The position numbers were made by a program, and so were the translations under genes. This document shows positions 37,897 through 50,024 of a stretch of DNA of 64,000 nt, in pieces (position 1 is the stretch's first letter; each line of letters starts with the position of its first letter). Source of the stretch: Rhizodiscina lignyota (Eukaryota); the NCBI GenBank assembly GCA_010015805.1, contig ML978122.1, forward strand, positions 1,274,453-1,338,452. The letters are read 5' to 3'. The notes beneath the pieces are model-generated. The model did not search any database. It was given only the letters and a program-made list of their open reading frames with translations, and was not told where the DNA came from.

Positions 37897-38424
37897 AAGG
37901 CTCTTCTTTCAGGATAGCAAACGCCCCTGTTGCGTGGGGCGAGCACTTTGCTGGGGTTTGGTCTCCAAGCATTCATGCAGTTCGCCTTTGCACGCCGGTG
38001 AAGCCGAAACTTCAAGAAACCTGGATCCCTTTGAGGGATGTATATCAATGCAGCATACCAGACATAGCAAATTATCTGACGAATTGCCTGACAGTCGCAT
38101 GGGTAACGCCCCATGCGCCTGTGAAACATGATCCAATGCCTTCAATGTTTGCCTCTGTCACCATCTTTGTGCATCACCCTTTGTGATCAAGACCATTTGA
38201 ATCACTACCAACGCACTTCATCACTCAAAAAAGCCGGTCTGCTATATATTCTCATCATTTTGTGTCGGCTCCCCTAAGACATCCAGTTTCACAGAAGACA
38301 CCAGACATTCTCTGATCGAAGCACACGTGTCTCCATCACTGCACAGATCATTTTCAGATCAGTTTAAAACATCAAACAAGCAGCGACGAAAATCTACAGC
38401 ACATTCCAATCAGATCCAGCAACT

Positions 38425-38796
38425 ATGTGCGTCACATATGTCCAAAAGTGGGCCTGCGTCCATCCTAAGAGTCCGAACGGAGGCGATCCAGAAGTCACCA
38501 GCATCTCCACGACGGACAAGTGTTACTACGCACTTGAGGGTGAGGAGAAGAGAACTTGCACGTATCCCACGATTGTCCAATTGCTGCGCTCGAAGCAGGT
38601 CTGTGGGGAGTGCTTCGCCAAGCTCGGCGAGCTTCAGAGGGCGAAAGGGAAGGACAAAGCGAAGATGAAGGCCGAGATGAAGGCCGAGAAAAAGGCTAGG
38701 ACAGAGGAGCAAGAGGGGGATGAGAGAGAGAAAAGGAAAAGAAGAGAGGAAGAGACAGAGAAGGTAGTAGTGAAAGTGATAGTGCCGCGGTGTTGA
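38425..38796 (+). CDS. Small Cys/His-motif hypothetical protein with charged tail (123 aa)
   Basis: MCVTYVQKWACVH...KC...TC...VCGEC followed by a Lys/Glu-rich tail; TATA-like TATATA ~38243. Confidence 0.6.
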   Translation: MCVTYVQKWACVHPKSPNGGDPEVTSISTTDKCYYALEGEEKRTCTYPTIVQLLRSKQVCGECFAKLGELQRAKGKDKAKMKAEMKAEKKARTEEQEGDEREKRKRREEETEKVVVKVIVPRC

Positions 38797-39251
38797 GAGC
38801 GACGGATCTGCTGGAATGGGCAAAAGGAAGAACAGTGATATTTGGCTGCTCTTTGGAGTTTCGCTTTGCCACAACCAAATCGAGACGTAAATGGCGTTTG
38901 ATGGCTTTTCGGTTTTGAAATATCCTCATGACAGTTGGATATAAATGGACACTGTTCGAGAGGCGTTTGCGGAGTCTTGCAATAGCATTTTCATCAATTT
39001 AGCGCTTCTAGCAAGTGCGGACGCATGCTACACACCTTTTTACAGCCATGTCCCTGACTTCTCTCATTGCGCGAGGTGCTTCTGATAGTCCTCCAAACAC
39101 ATTTTCGAAGGCTGGACCTCTGCGCTGGCGAAATCGCTATCTGGCATCGCGACATGTCGTTTTCCTTCCAGATTAATGCCAAACTACTCTCAGCCATGTC
39201 ACAAATTTCGATACCCATGACCAGTAGGTCTTTATCGCATCATCCTGCTCT

Positions 39252-39614
39252 TCACACATGTTTCGTGCCCCCAATGATCTCGCCCTTCACCTCACTCCAA
39301 TTAATGCTCGAATCCAGCTCCTCGTCTACCAGTCCACACACCACCACCGTATCGCCTCTGATCAGGTACAATCCATGTTGCGCCTCAGCGCTAGGCTCCG
39401 GGTCGTCAGCTGGCCGGATGATGCGCTCGACGGTGGAATGTAACACGAGGTTGGTGAGCTGGTCGCATGAAAGGAGCGTGCCGGTGAGGGTGCGGCCGTC
39501 GGTGGTGATGACGAGGACGCGCTCTATGAGCTGGATATTAGTATGTCATATATATTTATATATATAAAAGGAGGGGGAACTCGTACTGTTTACGTAGGGC
39601 TGGAGAGTGGACAT
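39252..39614 (-). CDS. LSM8: U6 snRNA-associated Sm-like protein Lsm8; one intron
   Basis: RVLVITTDGRTLTGTLLSCDQLTNLVL, GLYLIRGDTVVVCGLVDEELD. Confidence 0.93.
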
Positions 39615-40248
39615 GATTGTTGGAGCGCTGCTTGCTGCTCAGTGCGCCAGCAGCGCTCTGCTGCGAAAGGAGGATATGACTGCGTCTGAAATTCGAGCGG
39701 CTAGTGCAGCAGAGAAAGGATTGCTCGCAATTCACATGCAGATATCGTTCATGAAATGGTTGAGCTTGGGCGAGGTTGTGCAGTTAGTTTCTCGTGGAGC
39801 ATCGCGAAATTCGAAGGTCAAAACAACCCTGCAAAAATGTCCCACTATCATGAGTGGATACGGAGCACCCGCGTGTTCTCCACATGTATTTACTACGATG
39901 CCTATCTAAGTCCTACACTGTTATCCGATGTTTTGGTTGGGTTTGGAAGATCCATCCCACAGCAATTCGCTCGTCTTTGATTTCATCCGAGGCATTATCT
40001 GTTCCCAGCGCGAGCTGTAACGCAAATTCCTCCCTCGATATCTCAAACATGACCAGATTATGTCTTCGCGGTATCCTTGGGCTAGCAAATGGAAACCGCA
40101 AAATGCTCGACGAGTTGGCTCGAGCAAGATGCTATTGCTGTTCGTTCGTAGGTTCGTAGGCTTTAATATGCAGTTCGTGTAAGATCCGACCACGCGATAA
40201 GCATAGTGTTCAAAGTGTTCCGCTATTGTACAGGCCAATGCAAATGAT

Positions 40249-41027
40249 CTAAACTACACGTTTCACCTAAGCTTTATGATTAGCATCATGAACCATGGAA
40301 CCTGCGACTCTGGGGATGCTTACCTCGAAGAATCGCTTCAACCACCAAACCTGAAAGACGCCTTCACCAATCAGCACAAGCATTTGGAAGACGCTCCACC
40401 ACTTGACTCGAGAGTTTGTGCTCTCTGCCGTATTCCTGTGTGTCCTCTCTCGAATGACAATGTACGACTGCTCGTCCTTGACTTGAGCGACCAGCTCTGA
40501 GAGTTGCCGCACTAAAGCAATGTGAGTGCTTGATAGGATTGTGAAAAGACTTCGTGGTCTGGATACACACCTTCCTTCTCCAAAGGATCCTGAGGCGCCT
40601 CAGACTCTGGCACGTAGACAATCCCGTGAACGTTGAAAGAGACCTCCTTCGTATTTGCCGCCCAGTGCTCATTGCTGAAGCAATATGTGTACCTGCCATC
40701 TTTATCCGCGGTGAAAGAATGATCGCCAGCGGAGACGCTGCGCTCGAAGACTTGATGGGCGTTTACTGGATTCTCGATCTGTGTACTGTATTAACAAATC
40801 GGCACACGAGCATGCTGCAGGTTGCAAATTACCCAGAAATCAATCTCCAGATTCCCACTGCCTCCAAATTCCCGGTCACCGACTTGGAACGTCACCGTCA
40901 TCTTGTCATCGGCGTGGAGCTGCTCGTGGAAGCATTCGCGGCTGTGGGACTTTAGTTGGATGTTGTGGGACGTGACGAGGCCGACGAGGCCTAGGAAGGC
41001 CGCGTATATGGCAAGAACCGATATCAT
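40249..41027 (-). CDS. EMP24: p24-family cargo receptor Emp24 (GOLD domain), 4 exons
   Basis: Signal peptide; RECFHE, YTYCFSNE, RERTHRNTAESTNSRVKWWS, LKRFFEVKRVV*. Confidence 0.95.
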
Positions 41028-41861
41028 ATTGGACGATGATATCAATTTCAGGATCCCATTGAATTCGTGAAAGCGTGTGGATGCGTTGGACTTGCGAGGA
41101 AATTCTTATGGAAATAGCAAATAGACAGCTTGCGCCGGCTAAACTCCGGTAGCCTCCTTTATGAGACGACAATTCTCTCACCTTCTGCATCCCATGTGGT
41201 TTTAATCGTAGGAAACTGTCCTTTTCGATTGTATTCTCCAATATTCACAGTCTCATTGTAATTTACAACGTATGTCGTAGGAGAGAGTTCAATAAGCTCG
41301 AGAGTACCGTAGGCTCCTTGCCCTCTCGATGCTTCCGCACTCAATGAACTCCGAGCATAATCGAACGTGAGCTGGCGAGCAGTCGGAACCTGGACTTCAG
41401 CATGGAGACATGGGCTCGATCACGCTTTCATGCACGGTACACTTTGGCCTGAATACATACTTAACAAAGATCGTGAACTTGCACCAGTCGATACGGATCA
41501 ATTGCTATGGTAAGATTCTCTGAATATAAAGAGGTACAAAGGTAGGATGGGAATGATTTTTCACATTACATCTGAAAGCTTGATACTTGTGCTGTTAGTT
41601 GAGGCTTCCATCTCCCCATCTTTGATTGATTTCGCTGCTTTGTTCGACTCCATTCACAACACACACCCTTCACTGTTCTCCTCCCAACTGACATAACTTC
41701 CCGCAACAACACCTAAACACTTAGCCACTTTTCAAGAGTGACAAGCGGTACTCACTGTGCTGATTTTCATTACTTTTCTACTTTCCACAGCGCCACTGTC
41801 GCAGTCCTTTCAAAACTCTTTTGCAATTTGCAACGCAGCACAATAAGCCGTTGTCTCTAAG

Positions 41862-42785
41862 ATGGCTGGGGCACAAGTTCGTCGCCTCGGATTTCGCGAT
41901 ATCTTGGGAGGTATCTTTCTCCCTGAGGATCCGAACAAGCCTAAGGTGTGTGCTGGTGCCCTTTCTTCTGCGTCAGTCTTAACGGCTCAGTCGTCGCTTG
42001 AGGTTTTTGGTGTTTTCTATAACGAATTATGACTGACATATCGCAGCTAGTAGCCGTTCGCAAAAAAGTGCGCTCCTCTTGTCAACAGCGTAAGACGACC
42101 AAGACTACTGAAAATAACCAGGTCGGCAAAACCCAGTACTACGGTAAACAGCCCAAGCAGAAGAAATCGGACAATGCCAACGCCAGTGGTGCAAAAGAGG
42201 AGAAAGAGAAGAAGGACGAGAAACCCGCCGGTGATGGAGGAGATGTTGACACATTCACCACGGAACAGGATGCGGAACTTGTCAAGATGAAGAGCGACAA
42301 CAAGACCTGGAAGGAGATTGCGGAAGCGCTGGGCAAGCCTAAACACGTACTCACGAAGCGATACAAGGAGCTCCAGCAGAAGGATGGAGGCCAGCAGCAC
42401 GGTGGCCAGTCCGGAGATCGAGACGGAGGCAGTAATAAGGGCAAGAAGGAGAAGCAGGGCAAGGGGGAAAATAAAGATGCTTGGAACGCTGATAAGAGCT
42501 GGAAGAAGAAAGAGAAGGAGGTGGTGGAGGAAGTGCAGGAGCAGACCGAGTACGTGCAAATTGAGGAAGATGAGGACTTCAGCACAGAAGCAGTAAGATT
42601 TGCCGTCCGTCTAGATTGGTTTTGCATAGGACTAACGTTCCTTTCAGTTGGAGGCCATTTCAAGGGCTATGCACAACGACAATGCTCAGTACTGGCTCCG
42701 CATCCAAGAACGGGTCTTCAAAGAGACAGGCTGGAAGTTCCACCCGAAGGACATTCAGGAGAAGATGGAAAGTGTTCCCCTATGA
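41862..42785 (+). CDS. Hypothetical protein with Myb/SANT-like HTH segment; exon structure approximate
   Basis: FTTEQDAELVKMKSDNKTWKEIAEALGKPKHVLTKRYKEL; C-terminal YWLRIQERVFKETG after a GTAAGA..CAG intron. Confidence 0.7.
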
Positions 42786-43146
42786 GCCATCAGTTTCCGA
42801 GCACGCTCACTTATCCACAATCAGGAAGCTGGAATGGACTGGGTTGATCCGACATGGATCTGATGCGAGATGATCAATCAAGCGATGATTCTTTAGCATT
42901 GAGTTCAAGTGGCAGACGTCCAAAGGACAATCTTGGGGCGTGCATGGGGAGTTCAAAAGTTATAGCGTCATTGACTTCATCTTAGATTCCCCTTCCCTTT
43001 AATATTCTCAGCTTCAGCCCATTAGCACACTCTTTTCTAGTTACAACTAAATGACGGTTTCAGCTCGTTTCACTACATAACATCAGCCGTCAGGTACACC
43101 CTGTCCCCGGAGCATTCATGAAATTATGCACCAGGTCTGAACAGCA

Positions 43147-44931
43147 TCAAGTCTTACAAACCCCGAGCAATCCTTCCCATGGCCTCAACGTTATCGCGCC
43201 GGTTAGAGGCTTATCACTCGAACCAACTTCGTAATTTCCAGCTGCCCAGCTCTCGATCTTGAGCGCTGATGGTACGTTCCATTGGGACTCTTGGCCTGAG
43301 AAATTCAGGACCACAACGAAAGCTTCGTCTCTGCTCCATCTCTTGTACGCAAACACGTCACCTGCGTCGTTCTCGTCACCCAGCAGCTCAAAGTCGCCAT
43401 ATATGAAGACATCCTTGTGTTTCTTCCTGTTCTCTAATCCGCGCTTCCAAAACTGCCTGACCGAGAAGTCATTTCCTCCCGCTTGTTTTGGGGCCATCTG
43501 CACAGCAGCGTTTACGGTCGGATAGTCATCGTTGACTCGCATCCATGGCTCCACGTCTGAACTACAGAACCCAGCATTCGGCTCCTCTGTCCATTGCATG
43601 GGCGCCCTGCAATTGTCCCTTGACTTCTTCTGCAGCACTTCCATCGCATGCCTCCTCTTCTCTTCGTCGCCTGGATACATGCTCATCATTTTCTTGTAGT
43701 AATTCACGCTCTCGATATCTTTATACTCTTCCGGTCCCCATGTGGGTGGCACGTTCCGCATTCCCAGCTCTTCTCCCTGGTAAACGTACAACGTCCCAGC
43801 GAGCGTCGTCTGCATCAACGCCAACAGCTTCGCGCCTAGCTCTCGGTACTCATCAGAATCGTCGCAATACCGCGATACGCTGCGCGGGTTGTCATGGTTC
43901 TCGCAGAAAAGGCTGTTCCATCCGTCGCGCTCAATCATCAGCTTCTGCCAGCGGTTCATGCAGCGTCGGAGGTCGGAGACCTTCCACGGATGCAGCGCCA
44001 TGCGGTAACTCCCAGGCACGTTGTCAATATCGACGATCTCGAAGATGAAGATCATATTAAGCTCGCCCGCCTCTGCACCGACGACCTTCAAGACTTCATC
44101 CTCGTCGCGGACGAATGGCATCTCGCCGACCGTGATCGTATCGTACTTGCTCAGAACCTCGCGGTTGATTTCTTTCAGATACTCGTGTAGACGCGGGCCG
44201 TTGGCGAAGTATTTGAAGCCAGGTTGGTATTGGTGGTCTGGGGCTACGACTTCGCCGTCTGGAAACGACTGGACTTTCGATATGAGGTTGATCACGTCCA
44301 TCCTGAACCCAGATGCACCGCGATCCAGCCAGAAGCGCAGCACGTCGTGGACTGCCGCTCGCACGTCGGGATTCTCCCAGTTGAGGTCGGGCTGCTCTGG
44401 CGTGAAGAGCGAAAGGTAGTATTCCTGAGTCGCTTCATCCCATGTCCACGCCGAGTTCATCTCACCGAGGATCTGCGACCAGTTATTCGGCGGTTGGCGG
44501 TTTCCTTGTGCATCGAATTTAGGTTTCTTCCAGATGTACCAATCACGCTTGGGGTTGTCTTTTGATGAGCGAGACTCCTGGAACCATGCGTGCTCGTTGG
44601 AGGTGTGATTGACCACCAGATCCATCATGAGCTTCATGTTCCTCTTCTTCAACTCCGCTATTAAATTGTCGACATCCTGGAGCGTGCCGTATCGATGATC
44701 AATGTCTTTGTAATCGGCTATATCATAGCCCATGTCCGCCTGTGGGCTTTTGTAAATTGGTGAGGTCCATACTACGTCAACTCCGAGCTCTTTCAGATAA
44801 TCCAGTTTAGAAGTGATCCCTTTGACGTCGCCCCAGCCATCATCGTTCGTATCATTGAAACTTGCAGGATATATCTGGTACACCACGGCTTCTTTCCACC
44901 AGCGGTGCCTGTCAATGCCACTAGGCGCCAT
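43147..44931 (-). CDS. GH13 alpha-glucosidase/maltase (oligo-1,6-glucosidase-like), intracellular
   Basis: WWKEAVVYQIYPASF, DLVVNHTS, GFRMDVINL, TVGEM, ENHD, YVYQGEELGM; intronless, no signal peptide. Confidence 0.96.
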   Translation of the reverse strand: MAPSGIDRHRWWKEAVVYQIYPASFNDTNDDGWGDVKGITSKLDYLKELGVDVVWTSPIYKSPQADMGYDIADYKDIDHRYGTLQDVDNLIAELKKRNMKLMMDLVVNHTSNEHAWFQESRSSKDNPKRDWYIWKKPKFDAQGNRQPPNNWSQILGEMNSAWTWDEATQEYYLSLFTPEQPDLNWENPDVRAAVHDVLRFWLDRGASGFRMDVINLISKVQSFPDGEVVAPDHQYQPGFKYFANGPRLHEYLKEINREVLSKYDTITVGEMPFVRDEDEVLKVVGAEAGELNMIFIFEIVDIDNVPGSYRMALHPWKVSDLRRCMNRWQKLMIERDGWNSLFCENHDNPRSVSRYCDDSDEYRELGAKLLALMQTTLAGTLYVYQGEELGMRNVPPTWGPEEYKDIESVNYYKKMMSMYPGDEEKRRHAMEVLQKKSRDNCRAPMQWTEEPNAGFCSSDVEPWMRVNDDYPTVNAAVQMAPKQAGGNDFSVRQFWKRGLENRKKHKDVFIYGDFELLGDENDAGDVFAYKRWSRDEAFVVVLNFSGQESQWNVPSALKIESWAAGNYEVGSSDKPLTGAITLRPWEGLLGVCKT

Positions 44932-45335
44932 GACTCGAATTCCTGACACGCTGAATGCACGAATCTGAATTACTGTAGAATGTAATAATTTCTCCAGTTA
45001 ATTTGAGGATTCCTTGCACGAAAAGAGTTTCATTCAGGAATTATAGACCGACACTGCGGAGTGATGTAACTAATGCGCTTGAGATCGACTGCGTTAGCGC
45101 TGCGTGGGTTCCACAAAAAGGGGCACGTCAAACTGTCACCCCATAATTTGCGTATTCTGTTTCAATCAAACTTTTCTGATATCGCAGTCGAAAGAATTGG
45201 GCTTGCTTCTGAATCGTTACGCCCCAGTCTATAGTCAGCTGTTGACGAGGGAGACCATTTTCAGGAAGCCCATCAGAGGCATGCATATATAAGTCAATCT
45301 CAGCCGCTCTACGACCCTGCATTCACTCGATTCTA

Positions 45336-46184
45336 TCATAAGCCGAAGCCAGTACCCGTTGACTCTGTGATTCCTCCATCCACTACAAGCTCATGACTTG
45401 TCACATACCGCGCAGCATCACTGCTCAAAAACACAACCGCATTCGCGACATCGAATGCACTGCCCATATATCCCATGGGCACGTTATGCTGCGTGATCCT
45501 TCTCGCTACCTCACGATCCTCCTCCTTGTCACTGTGCTCCATGTTCTCGACGAGAGGCGTGTACATCAACCCGGGAACTACGCAGTTAACCTTTATGCCT
45601 TTGGACGCGTACATCACGCCCGTAGACTTGGTGTAGCGTATCACAGCAGCCTTAGCAGTGGCGTAACCAATTTGAGGCTTGCCGATGTACCGAAGCGCTG
45701 TGATGGAAGCGTTGTTTATGATCGAGCCAGAACCTTGCTTCTCCATTACGGGTAGCACGAGTCTGCAGCAGCGGAAGACGCTGTTGAGATTGAGATCTAT
45801 CTGCTTCTGCCATAGCTCCTCAGACATGCTGCCGGGGTCTCCGGGCAGCGTCGCGCCCACATTGTTGTACAGGATGTCGATTCGTTGATGCTTCTCCAGC
45901 ACTGCTTGGACGAACTTTTCAACGTCGCTCATCTTTGTCAGGTCCGCTGTCATGACATCACAAACGGCCTCAGGGTTATCCTCCAGAAGCCGCTTCTGTG
46001 TGTATTCAGCAGTACTGAGATTGAGATCGCATCCGAATATCTTGACGCCATTGTAGCTCAATATGCGGGCTGTAGCAGCGCCATTACCCCAGGTTTGCGA
46101 GTTTGGGATTCCGACTTGGCCTATTCCTGTTATCAAAGCCACTTTCCCTCGGAGGTCAGGATAGATGGGAAACCGAGAAGTCAT
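45336..46184 (-). CDS. Short-chain dehydrogenase/reductase (classical SDR)
   Basis: KVALITG..WGNG, DILYNNVG, catalytic YATAK, VNCVVPG, DVANAVVFLSSD, VDGG; intronless. Confidence 0.93.
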   Translation of the reverse strand: MTSRFPIYPDLRGKVALITGIGQVGIPNSQTWGNGAATARILSYNGVKIFGCDLNLSTAEYTQKRLLEDNPEAVCDVMTADLTKMSDVEKFVQAVLEKHQRIDILYNNVGATLPGDPGSMSEELWQKQIDLNLNSVFRCCRLVLPVMEKQGSGSIINNASITALRYIGKPQIGYATAKAAVIRYTKSTGVMYASKGIKVNCVVPGLMYTPLVENMEHSDKEEDREVARRITQHNVPMGYMGSAFDVANAVVFLSSDAARYVTSHELVVDGGITESTGTGFGL

Positions 46185-46706
46185 GACGAATGCGGATTTT
46201 TGTAGGGAATATTCACAGAAATAGAATCAAGCAGCTTGAATTGCGGGAAGGTGCCGAGCTTCTGGTCTTCGGAGTTCCAGCCGGACGGTGATAGAGAAGT
46301 GAAAGCAGATGAGAGAACGAATAGACACGCTCCGAAGAAGCACACTTTCAAACAGAGTAGAAAGCAAACCAAGTCCAACTGCCTTCATAAAGCGATATCG
46401 GACTTACTGATTGATTTGAGCACCACTCGGAGCCTCTCAATGGAGGTTCAAGGTGCGAAAGGTCTCGAGACTCGACCAAGTTCGGCAACTTCTTTAGAGC
46501 CCCGCAGTGCCCAATACCTGCCGTTGTCTGCTTTTCCGCTTTTCGGAGCATCTTCCTCCATCAAATTTTAAGGTCATTTGTAAGTATTTGATACTGGACG
46601 CTATTATCCTCGCTCACAGTCCTCATCTCTACCTTGTCTCCAGTTGCATCTCATTGAAATCAAGGCTGCTACCTTTCTCTCAAAGTCAACTTTTGGTATT
46701 CAAGCA

Positions 46707-47702
46707 ATGGTGGCCACAACGAAGCATCCTCTATCGCCACCTTCGTTAGAAGAGCTTGCAGGAGTCTTAGCTCCTGCTCTGAAAGCCAACTTTGAGAAGG
46801 CCTCTGTGAGCGTGGAAACATGTCCTGACCTGCGGAAAGGTCCCTTCTATCTAGCCGCTGAGGGGCTGTCTGGTGCAGAATGCATTGCCGACATTGGAGG
46901 CCAGCCAAACCTCTTTCCGGAACCGCGACTTGAGAAGAAGTACTCCCTTATGTCAATGCCAAAGGAGATGGAGATGAGCCCAGAGCGTGGACAGCTCTTG
47001 GGTGCTGGTGCCGGACCATTCCACGTTATCGGTGTCAACTGTGAGCTGGCTCCCAACCTCAGCTGGGAGGGCAGCTTCGACAATGTCAACAATTTAACGT
47101 GTTTCACCAAGGTCGACAAGGCGAGTGATCAAAACGCCACAATATGCGCTAGAAGCCCTACTACCGACTGCGCCCTGATGATGAATCTCTATGGCTCGTC
47201 AGGCCTGCCTGGAGAAGTTTTGAAAATTACTGCTCGCTCTCGCACAGGCAGCCAGAAAAGCTTCACCGAGTGCATACGCCGAACGCTGATAGAGAAGTAT
47301 GGAGACGCACGACCGATCAGCATAGGCGGCGCTTTCGTGATCAAGACGGGGAAAGCTCTTTTCCACGTCATGCCGGATTTTCCATCAAAGGAAGAACTCC
47401 CGTTCCAATCGCCTGAGCAACTCAACGACTGGCTGACGTACCATGAGTTCGACGCCCCGATTGTCTGCTTGTCAGTGTTCCATTCCGCAGACCCTGGCAA
47501 GAAGCTGGGACTGCGTATGGAGCATACCCACTCTTTCTCTGCTGAAGGCGGTATTCGAGGCGGTCACTACCACTACGACTTGGAGCTCAAGCAACATCCC
47601 GGGATTGAGGAAGTAGAATATGAGGCGTACTTCAACACGGCGAAAGTCATTTATCGGATTGACAAGCCCGAGGTCACGCTTGTAAGAGATCTTCATGATT
47701 AG
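46707..47702 (+). CDS. DUF1907 / C11orf54 (PTD012)-like zinc protein
   Basis: CPDL..PF.LAAEGLSG, GAGAGP, ALMMNLY, HVMPDF, LRMEHTH..GGHYHYD (Zn ligands), EYEAYFN.A..YRIDKP. Confidence 0.9.
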   Translation: MVATTKHPLSPPSLEELAGVLAPALKANFEKASVSVETCPDLRKGPFYLAAEGLSGAECIADIGGQPNLFPEPRLEKKYSLMSMPKEMEMSPERGQLLGAGAGPFHVIGVNCELAPNLSWEGSFDNVNNLTCFTKVDKASDQNATICARSPTTDCALMMNLYGSSGLPGEVLKITARSRTGSQKSFTECIRRTLIEKYGDARPISIGGAFVIKTGKALFHVMPDFPSKEELPFQSPEQLNDWLTYHEFDAPIVCLSVFHSADPGKKLGLRMEHTHSFSAEGGIRGGHYHYDLELKQHPGIEEVEYEAYFNTAKVIYRIDKPEVTLVRDLHD

Positions 47703-48674
47703 AGGTCTTCTATGCAACGACTTTGCTATGCTCCTATGGAGACAGCGTCGGCGAGTTGTGTCGTCTTGGTCGTCTAAGGTTGCCCTGATTCCCAACCCTC
47801 CGAGGTGGAGGAAGTGTCAGCGAATGGTGTGATGGTGCGGCAAAACATGTTCATGCTGGATCGACTGTTCTTTCCTGATGTTAGCACCAATTATTCTTGG
47901 AGCAGGCGCAATCAAGATTCAGGGGGGAAAGTAGCCGAGCTCAATCGAAGAGGCTCACCTGCGGTGGCCGTCCATCAATCCTTCGGAGGACGCACTCTTT
48001 TCTCATATCTAGACCATTACTCCGTGTACATGAATATATCGTCACGGCGGACGGAGGATCTTCGAGCAACTAGAATTTAGACGACAATACATCCCTGCAC
48101 ATACCTTATGTACCTGTGCTGCAGCGAACGGTCGCGTGATTGCGTCAGTGGCTGAAACGTCTCGGAACATTTGAAGGCCCGTGACGGCTCTCAGTCAGCG
48201 ACGTGAGGCTTTTGATCTCTCTACTTTGGCCTGACTCTCAGGACACTTCGGTGCTTCGTGATGCTGACGGCGAAGTGCAGCCATGAGTACACAGGGTCGC
48301 TTTCCCTTTCCAGACATTACGTTTGATTAAGCCGGATGCGGCATGGCGCGGAGGGTTGACAGTTGCACACCCCTGTCCCCCCGCGTTTTATTAGGTACTC
48401 TAAATGCGGGGAGGTGCCAAAGCTCCCCAGCGTGCTCGCGTGAGGGCAGCTGAGACTCCGTGCCCTCCTATTGCAGGAATGGTCACGGGCTGTTGCCATT
48501 GATCACGCACCTGCCCCGCACCAGGAATGGCCTCTCCTTTCTCCTGGCGAGCTGACTCTCTCCCTTTCCTTCTCTCTCCGTGCACTTAAACACAACCTCT
48601 GAGCTGCTCAAGTCACTATCAAGCTTCAATCTACGTCTTCAAGCTTCCCAGCTTATCAATCACACCACACCATC

Positions 48675-49475
48675 ATGTCCGCCGACACGCAAGAACCCCT
48701 CTCCAAGGTCGACTCTGCCATTGAGCCCGGCTCTCCCATCGAGAAGAAGATCAGCCATCGTCGAACAAGCAGCAGTAACCCTGATGTACACAACATTGCA
48801 GACCTCGGTAGGCCTCTTGCTTTGAGCTGTGTTAATGTACGCGCCCTCGCTGACGTCACTTAAGAGAAGCAGGGCATCGATATTCTGATAGCTCCTGAGA
48901 CACAGAAGCTGGGATGGTACGTACCTCTGCCAACTTAGCCTCGTTCATGTGCTGGGACACCTCAAGTGTATGTTGCAAGGCTGACCTGTGTCCTCTTTTA
49001 GGAAGCTGAACACCTCGCCTTCGACGATAGGCGAGCCAGACACACTGAAGAAGCCTCTCTGTATACCAATGGTCAAGAAGGTCGACCTGCACTTCCCTCT
49101 CGGCCTTGAGGTCACTGCGCGAAACCTGAAGGGAGTGACAATCAAAGATGCGCTGGACGCTATTCACAAGCAGTTCAAGAAGAAGGTCAGCAGACACTCA
49201 CCTTACCAGTCACCCGGATCTTCCGCATTGGTGCTGACATACGTAGGCTGATGATGAACTGGACGCACCATACCTCGCTGGCTTCGAATGGGATAAGGAT
49301 GAGTGCTATACGAGATTCGTGGTCCATCAGGTCAGTAGTTCCGGATCTCCGGTTCTTCTGCCGCCACAAATATACTGACTGTCACATACAGGCCAAGCTG
49401 CCCACCCTGACAGGCGGCGGATCATCAGGCTCGAAGAAGTCGAAAAAGAAGGGCGGCGATGCCATCGACGAGTAG
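48675..49475 (+). CDS. Conserved fungal hypothetical protein, ~5 exons
   Basis: Splices to ..IAPETQKLGWKLNTSP..VDLHFPLGLEVTARNLKGVTIKDALDAIHKQFKKKADDELDAPYLAGFEWD..; canonical intron signals. Confidence 0.8.
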
Positions 49476-50024
49476 TGAAGGACTACTATGCCTACAAGCC
49501 ACACCTTTTGCCCTGCCTGCGCTGTCCTGCTTTGCTGCATCTTGCCAGTATTCAGATAGACCTGCTCTTGCTTCTGCCTAACGGCGAAAAGGGACCTCTT
49601 ACTGCGTGCCGGAAAAAGTATCAAGCACAAGGGTGGCGTCCAGCACTTGTACGATTTGCTTCATCTGATCACCGAACTCCACCTTGACTGGCTCGGTCAG
49701 GCTGGAAGAACTACACTCATTAGCAAATGTGAAAAGAATTAATATTCTACCCAAAGCTTTTGCATTCACTCGAGCAGCACGTAGTCATGCCAACTGCACA
49801 AAAGACTGCCCATGCGTTGATCTGCCGCCTCTGCATTTGCTTCGCTGTTATAGTTGCCGGATTCGGCAATCTGCTCCCTATCAAACGCGGCCACGGCATG
49901 CCGAGAGTACCCATGCTTATTACAGGAACATGACTTAAATATTGAGAGATTGGCCTCTTTTTGCGATCTTGCTTCGATTTTAGATATTTCCTAGCCATAT
50001 ATTATTCCATTTATTCTTATCAAG

